Shown here: piece after piece, positions 58,268 through 64,000 of the stretch
Position numbering within the stretch: the stretch's first letter is position 1
Layout of the letters: each line of letters starts with the position of its first letter
Assembly: GCA_963716255.1 (NCBI GenBank)
Contig: OY970303.1
Location: 6,400,001 to 6,464,000 of the forward strand
Direction: 5' to 3'
DNA length: 64,000 bases
Source of the DNA: an uncultured Gemmatimonadales bacterium
GTDB taxonomy: Bacteria > Gemmatimonadota > Gemmatimonadetes > Longimicrobiales > Longimicrobiaceae
Notes under the pieces: model-generated
The model's input: only the letters and a program-made list of their open reading frames with translations
Databases searched by the model: none
What the model was told of the DNA's origin: nothing
Program-made: the position numbers and the translations under genes

Positions 58268-59683
58268 ATGGCACACGTGCTGTTCGTCATCGCTGAAGCC
58301 GGAGGACACTTCAGCGCCAGCTGGGGGCTGGCGGCGCAGCTGCGCGAGGCGGGGCACGACGTCACCTACGTGGGCCAGGAGCGCGCCCGCGCCACGGTGG
58401 AGGGGCAGGGCTTCGCCTTCGAGGTCGTCCCCTTCCTGCTCGCGCCGCGCATCGGCCTCGCCCCGCGGCCCGGCGAGCGCTGGGGCCCGCTCCAGCGCCT
58501 CCGGGCATGGGTGGCGCGCGGCGGGCACGGCCGCGCCCTCCTGGCCGCGGCCGCCGGCGTCCCCGCGCAGACCGCCGAGACCGTCCGCCGGCTCCGGCCC
58601 GACCTGCTCGTCTTCGACCCCTTCCGCCTGGGCTGGTACATCCCCTTCCACCCCCACGGCATCCCCGCCGTCGCCTTCAGCTCCAAGCCGCTCCTCACCG
58701 CCGACCCCCTGGTCCCGCCCTACACTTCCGCCGTGGTCCCCGACCGCACCGCGCGCGGGCGACTCCGCGTTCGCCTGGCCTGGCTCCGCGTGCGGGCGGC
58801 GTACCTGCGCCACCGGCTGGGCCAGGCCGCCGAGCGGGCGGTCACCGGCTACTCGTCCATGCGGCTCTGGCGCACCCTCGCCGCGCAGGCCGGCTACCCG
58901 CTGCGCCGCCGGTGGGCCACCCGCCCGCTCTCCTTCGACCTGCGGCTGCGCGGCGTCCCCGAGCTGGTGCTCTTCCCCCGCGAGTTCGACTTCCCGCGCG
59001 AGCGCCCGCTCCCGCCCGACGCCGTGTACGTGGGCCCCTGCGTGTACGCGAGCCGCCGCGAGGAGCCCTTCCCCTGGGACCGGCTCCCCGCCGGCCGCGG
59101 CGTGGTGCTCTGCTCGCTGGGCACCATGGCGTACAACTACGACCGCGACGGGGTGGACTTCCTGCGACGCGTGGCGGCCGCCTTCGCGGACGACCCCCGC
59201 CGCTTCCTGGTGCTGGTCTCCGGGGGGCCCGCCGTCACCGCCGCGCTGGGGCCGCTCCCCGACCACGTGGGCGTGTGCGAGTGGGCGCCGCAGCTCCAGG
59301 TGCTCGCCCGCGCCGAGGCCATGATCACCCACGGCGGCGCCAACTCCATCCGCGAGTGCATGACGGCCGGCGTCCCCGTGCTGGTGTACCCGTTCCGCGC
59401 CGACCAGCCGGGCAACGCGGCGCGCATCGTCTTCCACGGAGTGGGGATGCGCGGCGACCACCGGCGCGACGGCCCCGACGAGATCCGCCGCAAGCTGGAC
59501 GCGCTGGTCGCCGATGCCGGGATCCGCGAGCGGGTGCGGCGCATGCGCGAAGCGTTCGTGCGCTGCGACGAGGAGCGGGCGGCGGCGGCGTTCGTCGAGC
59601 GGTTTCTACGGGAGAAAGGAAAGCTGAACGGCGGGGTGGGGCGTGCCCCCGGCTACGCCGGGGTCGGGCTGCGCGCGGAGTAA
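58268..59683 (+). CDS. GT1-family (UDP/MGT-type) glycosyltransferase
   Basis: AGGH N-terminal motif, CSLGT, WAPQLQVL...ITHGGANS..E...GVP....FRADQ (PSPG-like box); stop lies inside R1 copy 14. Confidence 0.9.
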   Translation: MAHVLFVIAEAGGHFSASWGLAAQLREAGHDVTYVGQERARATVEGQGFAFEVVPFLLAPRIGLAPRPGERWGPLQRLRAWVARGGHGRALLAAAAGVPAQTAETVRRLRPDLLVFDPFRLGWYIPFHPHGIPAVAFSSKPLLTADPLVPPYTSAVVPDRTARGRLRVRLAWLRVRAAYLRHRLGQAAERAVTGYSSMRLWRTLAAQAGYPLRRRWATRPLSFDLRLRGVPELVLFPREFDFPRERPLPPDAVYVGPCVYASRREEPFPWDRLPAGRGVVLCSLGTMAYNYDRDGVDFLRRVAAAFADDPRRFLVLVSGGPAVTAALGPLPDHVGVCEWAPQLQVLARAEAMITHGGANSIRECMTAGVPVLVYPFRADQPGNAARIVFHGVGMRGDHRRDGPDEIRRKLDALVADAGIRERVRRMREAFVRCDEERAAAAFVERFLREKGKLNGGVGRAPGYAGVGLRAE

Positions 59684-59787
59684 CGCACGATACGACCGTG
59701 CGTAACTCCGTCGAGCCCCCGCAAACTGCCGCGGGGTCTCGACCCTGCCGGGCGCGCATCCCTCACGCGGTCGGCGCTGGCGTCCGC
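59639..59787 (+). repeat. R1 element copy 14 (subtype B)
   Basis: Matches copy 9; overlaps the glycosyltransferase 3' end. Confidence 0.88.
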
Positions 59788-59789
59788 GG

Positions 59790-59920
59790 GGCCCCCTGCC
59801 CCCGACCCCCTCCCCCGCAAGCGGGAGAGGGGGAGCACGACACGCCGAAAACCGAGGGTCAGGAAGCCCTCCCCCAGAATCGGGGGAGGGTGGCGAGCCT
59901 CAAGCGAGCCGGATGGGGGC
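59790..59920. repeat. R3 REP-like palindromes
   Basis: CCCCCTCCCCCGCAAGCGGGAGAGGGGG and CCCTCCCCCAGAATCGGGGGAGGGTGGCGAGCC...GAGCCGGATGGGG. Confidence 0.65.
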
Positions 59921-60031
59921 TGCCGGGGGCCGTCGGCGTGCCTGTTGCGCCGCGCGGGAAAACAGAAGATTTTGCGCACCCGCGCCGCGGGCGCCCCGTC
60001 CCGACGCCACACCCCGCAACGACCCAGCCCC

Positions 60032-61735
60032 ATGAGCCACGCCGCAGGTCCGGACGCACGATCCCCGAGCCGCGCCGGACGCGCCTTCCGGCTCCGCCGC
60101 GGCCTCGCGGCCGGGCTTCTGCTCGCCGCAGCGGGCGGCGCGTGCGGCCCCGGGAGCTTCACCGTGCACGGGCCGCCCGCCGGGACCGTTCCTCCGCTCC
60201 CCGACGTCCCCGCGGAGGCCCTCCGGCGGTTCCCGCTGGAGGAGGCCACCCTCGCCGACCTGCAGGCGGGGATGCGCGACGGGCGGTACACCGCCCGCTC
60301 GCTCGCGCAGGCGTACCTGGACCGCATCGGCGCGCTGGACCGGGCGGGGCCCTCGCTGCACTCCATGCTGGACCTGAACCCCGACGCGCTCGCCATCGCC
60401 GACAGCATGGACGCCGAGCGCCGGGCCGGGCGCGTGCGCGGGCCGCTGCACGGCATCCCGGTGGTGGTCAAGGACAACGTCGGCACCGGCGACCGCATGA
60501 CCACCACCGCCGGTTCGCTGGCGCTGGAAGGCTCCATCGCCCCGCGCGACGCCTTCGTCGCCGCGCGGCTGCGCGCGGCCGGCGCCGTCATCCTGGGAAA
60601 GACCAACCTCAGCGAGTGGGCCAACTTCCGCTCCACCCGCTCCGCCAGCGGCTGGAGCGGGCGCGGCGGGCAGGCCCGCAACCCGTACGCCCTGGACCGC
60701 TCCCCCTGCGGCTCCAGCTCCGGCACCGGCGTCGCCGTGTCCGCCAGCTTCGCCGCCGTCGGCGTGGGCACCGAGACCGACGGCTCCATCGTCTGCCCCG
60801 CCGCCGCAAACGGCATCGTCGGGCTCAAGCCCACCCTGGGGCTGGTGAGCCGCGCCGGCATCATCCCCCTGGCCGGGAGCCAGGACGTCGCCGGGCCCAT
60901 GGCGCGCACCGTCGCCGACGCCGCCGCGCTGCTCTCCGTCCTCGCCGGCGCCGATCCCCGCGACCCCGCCACCGCCGCCTCCCGCGGCCACGTGGAGGCG
61001 GACTACGCCCGCTTCCTGGTGCCGGACGGGCTGCGCGGCGCCCGCATCGGCGTCGCCCGCAGGGGGTTCACCGGCTACCACCCCGGGACCGACCAGCTCT
61101 TCGACCGGGCGCTCGACGCCATGCGCCGGGCCGGCGCCACCCTCGTGGACTCCGTGGACATCCCCCACTACGGCGAGTACGGCGACGCCGAGTACACGGT
61201 GCTCCTGTACGACTTCAAGCACGACCTGGACCGCTACCTCGCGGAGCTGGGGCCGGGCGCGCCGGTGAAGTCGCTCGCCGACGTCATCGCCTTCAACGAG
61301 CGCGAGAAGGCGCGCTCCATGCCCTACTTCGGGCAGGAGATCATGCTCGCCGCGCAGGCCAGGGGGCCGCTCACCGACCGGGAGTACCGCGACGCGAAGC
61401 GGAAGACGCGTCTCGCCGGGGCGGGCGTGGATTCGGTGATGCGGCGGCTGCGGCTGGACGCCATCGTCGCGCCCACCGGGGGGCCGGCCTGGACCATCGA
61501 CCTGGTCAGCGGCGACCACTTCCTGGGCGCCAGCTCCACGCCGGCCGCCGTCGCCGGCTACCCGAATCTCACCGTGCCCATGGGGTACAGCTTCGGGCTG
61601 CCGGTGGGGATCTCGTTCTTCGGGCGCGCCTGGAGCGAGCCCACGCTGATCCGGCTCGCGTACGCGTACGAGCAGGCGACCCGGCACAGGCGTGCTCCTC
61701 AGTTCCTTGCTACGGCGGATCTTTCCGTGCCGTGA
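60032..61735 (+). CDS. Amidase-signature family enzyme, probably exported
   Basis: GPLHGIPVVVKDN, GKTNLSEW, GSSSG, GTETDGSI; N-terminal RR/hydrophobic leader with Cys. Confidence 0.92.
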   Translation: MSHAAGPDARSPSRAGRAFRLRRGLAAGLLLAAAGGACGPGSFTVHGPPAGTVPPLPDVPAEALRRFPLEEATLADLQAGMRDGRYTARSLAQAYLDRIGALDRAGPSLHSMLDLNPDALAIADSMDAERRAGRVRGPLHGIPVVVKDNVGTGDRMTTTAGSLALEGSIAPRDAFVAARLRAAGAVILGKTNLSEWANFRSTRSASGWSGRGGQARNPYALDRSPCGSSSGTGVAVSASFAAVGVGTETDGSIVCPAAANGIVGLKPTLGLVSRAGIIPLAGSQDVAGPMARTVADAAALLSVLAGADPRDPATAASRGHVEADYARFLVPDGLRGARIGVARRGFTGYHPGTDQLFDRALDAMRRAGATLVDSVDIPHYGEYGDAEYTVLLYDFKHDLDRYLAELGPGAPVKSLADVIAFNEREKARSMPYFGQEIMLAAQARGPLTDREYRDAKRKTRLAGAGVDSVMRRLRLDAIVAPTGGPAWTIDLVSGDHFLGASSTPAAVAGYPNLTVPMGYSFGLPVGISFFGRAWSEPTLIRLAYAYEQATRHRRAPQFLATADLSVP

Positions 61736-61762
61736 GTCGGGTCGTTCGTCGTCTGGTTTCGG

Positions 61763-61922
61763 GGGGCCGCTCCGGAGCCGGACGATACGGCCGTCCGTCT
61801 CCTGCGCGGGCTCCGGGAGCCAGGCCAAACAGCCGGCCTGTCTCCCTGCGCCGGAGTGAGCCTCGCCAAACTGCCGGCGAGTCTCCCTCCGAACAGAATG
61901 ATGTGGATACTGCGGAACGGCA
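61763..61922 (+). repeat. R2 element copy 3
   Basis: First part nearly identical to copy 1; hairpins 2 and 3 match hairpins 1 and 3 of copy 2. Confidence 0.85.
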
Positions 61923-62022
61923 AAGGCGAAACGGCGTGTGTGAGGGCGCCGTTCTGCCGTGACCTCCCTTTCTCCGGCCGTGCGTCCGGCACGGCACACC
62001 TCGATCCCCTGGGCATCGGTTC

Positions 62023-62985
62023 ATGAGACAGCGTCGCGCCGTCCTGTTCCTCTGCGCGGACCCGGACAGGGACCCGGTGGCGGGCCACGTGTTCGAGGCG
62101 TCGCGCGGGCTGTTTCCGCTCGCCGAGACCGGGCGCGAGGTCGACGGGTTCCCGGTGCTGGCGTGGAGCGACGCGGCGGGGCGCGAGTTCGTGTACGTGC
62201 GCACCGGCGATGTGCTGAGCCACGACTACCCGCGCTACCTGCCCGTGCTCGCCGGCCAGCTCGCCGACTTCGACGTGGGGCTGCTGGTGAACTGGCACGA
62301 GGGCGCCAACGCGCCCGACGCCATCTTCATGGCGCACACCACCGGCGACGTCGTGTCCGGGGAGTACGGCGCGGCCGATCCCGCGCTGACCACGGCCATG
62401 CTGCGCGCCATCGAGCGGACCCGCGCCGAAGCGGGGCTGGAGCGCTACCGGACCGTGTCCGAGGCCACCCACTGGTCGGGGGTGGTCCACGGCCACGCGC
62501 CGGAGCTCCTCACCCGCTACCCGGTGCCGCTGCTGGACGTGGAGATCGGGAGCGGTCCCGCGTGCTGGGGCGACCCGGAGGCCGCGCGGGTGCTCGCGCT
62601 CGCCCTCCCCCGCGTCTTCGACGAGGAGCCGCCGCGGGGCGGGTCCGTGCTCTTCGTCGGCGGGGTGCACTTCGAGCCCAGCATCCGCGACGCGGTGGTG
62701 GGGGACGCCCGCCGCGACGACGTGGCCGTTTCCCACATCCTCGCCGGCCACTGGCTCGCGGCGGGCGGCTACGGCGAGCCCGGCGGCGCGGCGAAGCTGG
62801 AGGCGTGTGCCCGCTCCATCGCGGGGGGCGTGGACGCCCTCGTCTTCCACGACAGCCTCAAGGGGCCCGTCAAGGCCGCCGTCCGCGCCGCAGCCGAGCG
62901 CCTTGGCGTGGAGTGCTTCAACCACCGCAGGCTGCGCGGCCCGGACCCGCTCTTCCCCGCGCAGGCCACGGCCGCGCCGGAATAG
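62023..62985 (+). CDS. D-aminoacyl-tRNA deacylase-like protein (archaeal/plant DTD2-GEK1 family)
   Basis: WH..AH.TG, SEATHWSG, DVEIGS...W, GGVHF, SHIL parallel the EATHHGP / VEIGS / GGxHY / GHI motifs of DTD2. Confidence 0.65.
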   Translation: MRQRRAVLFLCADPDRDPVAGHVFEASRGLFPLAETGREVDGFPVLAWSDAAGREFVYVRTGDVLSHDYPRYLPVLAGQLADFDVGLLVNWHEGANAPDAIFMAHTTGDVVSGEYGAADPALTTAMLRAIERTRAEAGLERYRTVSEATHWSGVVHGHAPELLTRYPVPLLDVEIGSGPACWGDPEAARVLALALPRVFDEEPPRGGSVLFVGGVHFEPSIRDAVVGDARRDDVAVSHILAGHWLAAGGYGEPGGAAKLEACARSIAGGVDALVFHDSLKGPVKAAVRAAAERLGVECFNHRRLRGPDPLFPAQATAAPE

Positions 62986-63030
62986 CGGAGCCCCGCGGGC
63001 CGGGCGGCGGTCCCGGCGTCCATGAAAAGA

Positions 63031-63081
63031 GAACGGCGGAACGGCGCTCGCGGGGAGCGCCGTTCCGCCGTTCCGTTTTTT
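63031..63081. terminator. Bidirectional intrinsic terminator
   Basis: GAACGGCGGAACGGCGCTC...GAGCGCCGTTCCGCCGTTC with a T run after and an A run before. Confidence 0.72.
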
Positions 63082-63097
63082 CCGTCCGCCTCCGCCG

Positions 63098-63382
63098 TCA
63101 GGCCGGCTCGTCCGCCTCGCCGCTGCGCCCGTTCCACGCCTCGCGGAGCTCGTCGGCATAGCGCACCAGCAGGTACTCCGTCCGGGGCGCCACCCGGCAG
63201 GCGTCGTCGCCGCAGGCGATCCGGACGCACTCGCCCGTCCACGGGTCCGCCTCCACCGTGGCCCCGCCGCCGCAGAAGGGGCAGGGCCGGAGCGGGCCCA
63301 GGTCCACCCGCGGCGCGATCCGCGAGCCCGGGCGCGCCTCCGCCGGCGGCGCGGCGGGGAGCGGCGCGGCCAGCGCGATCAC
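63098..63382 (-). CDS. Lar-family (restriction alleviation)-like zinc-ribbon protein
   Basis: LRPCPFCGG...CGDDAC...EAWNGR; GTGA-coupled to the DoxX gene. Confidence 0.62.
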   Translation of the reverse strand: MIALAAPLPAAPPAEARPGSRIAPRVDLGPLRPCPFCGGGATVEADPWTGECVRIACGDDACRVAPRTEYLLVRYADELREAWNGRSGEADEPA

Positions 63383-63801
63383 CGGCGCACCCGGGAGCGG
63401 GCGATCGCCGCGTCCACGCTCCACGGCCCCGCGCCGGCGAACACCAGGTACAGAAAGAAGAAGCAGTACATCACCGCGGGCACGCCCATGTTGGTGGTGG
63501 GCCAGAACGCCTGCGGCGCGTGGAACTGGAAGTACGCCACCGCCATCTCCCCGGCGAGGATGAAAGCCGTGGGGCGCGTCCACAGCCCCACCACGATGAG
63601 CAGCCCGCCCACCACCTCCATCAGCCCGCCGATCCCCATCTGCGACATCAGCTCGATCGGCGGCATGTTGGGCATGGGGTTGGCCGGGTAGCCGAAGATC
63701 TTCATCGTCCCGGCGGACAGGAACATCGCCCCGGCCACGATGCGGAAGATGCTCAGCATGCGGCCGGTCCAGGGCGAGGGCGAGGCTTCGTAGATCGACA
63801 T
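63379..63801 (-). CDS. DoxX-family membrane protein
   Basis: SIFRIVAG...GTMKIFG, EVVGGLL...GLWTRP, EMAVAYF, GAGPWSVD. Confidence 0.9.
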   Translation of the reverse strand: MSIYEASPSPWTGRMLSIFRIVAGAMFLSAGTMKIFGYPANPMPNMPPIELMSQMGIGGLMEVVGGLLIVVGLWTRPTAFILAGEMAVAYFQFHAPQAFWPTTNMGVPAVMYCFFFLYLVFAGAGPWSVDAAIARSRVRR

Positions 63802-63873
63802 GGGTCCGTTCGGGTCTGGGGATGGGGGCGGCGGCACCGGCCGCCGGCCCCGCGGGATGGGTGAGCCCTGCTT

Positions 63874-63999
63874 CTACGGGAACGTCGAACGGGGCGGGGC
63901 GGAATCGACACCGGCCGGGCGCCGCGCTTCGTGCAGCCGCGCGCCGGCCCAGGCGCAGGGCAGCGAGATGGCGATGATCGCCAGCGAGTACCAGGCCGG
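63874..63999 (-). CDS. Membrane protein, C-terminal fragment (runs off the window)
   Basis: PAWYSLAIIAISLPCAWAGARL...STFP-stop, read by hand. Confidence 0.55.
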   Translation of the reverse strand, partial: PAWYSLAIIAISLPCAWAGARLHEARRPAGVDSAPPRSTFP

Positions 64000-64000
64000 C

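Overview
High-GC bacterial chromosomal window. Gene content (SusC/SusD pair, DUF5117-type metalloprotease, BNR-repeat hydrolase) suggests a Gemmatimonadota/Longimicrobium-like organism; this is inference only. About 50 CDSs can be supported: transport, two-component signalling, an ECF sigma/anti-sigma/MacAB-TolC operon, heme O/A synthesis, redox enzymes, peptidases and tandem type IV pilins. I found no rRNA, tRNA, CRISPR array, integrase or transposase. Most notable signals: (1) a ~135-155 nt multi-stem interspersed element in 14 copies (family R1) with extensive compensatory base changes, often 10-35 nt after stop codons and sometimes in inverted pairs around small cargo; (2) a second element (R2, 3 copies) built from the same AWAC-loop hairpin module, plus other REP-like palindromes; (3) two small secreted Cys-rich peptides sharing the leader LGFGATQA(F/L)ASP, one with the six-Cys CS-alpha-beta defensin spacing, its own promoter/RBS/3' hairpin and flanking inverted R1 copies; (4) a lower-GC single-gene island encoding a ~1300-aa SIR2-domain protein (DSR1-like defence candidate) between trxB and a host-like terminator; (5) an archaeal/plant-type DTD2-like deacylase and a Lar-like zinc-finger gene. 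Start codons were re-picked by eye and some are uncertain. All family names come from motif recognition, not database searches.
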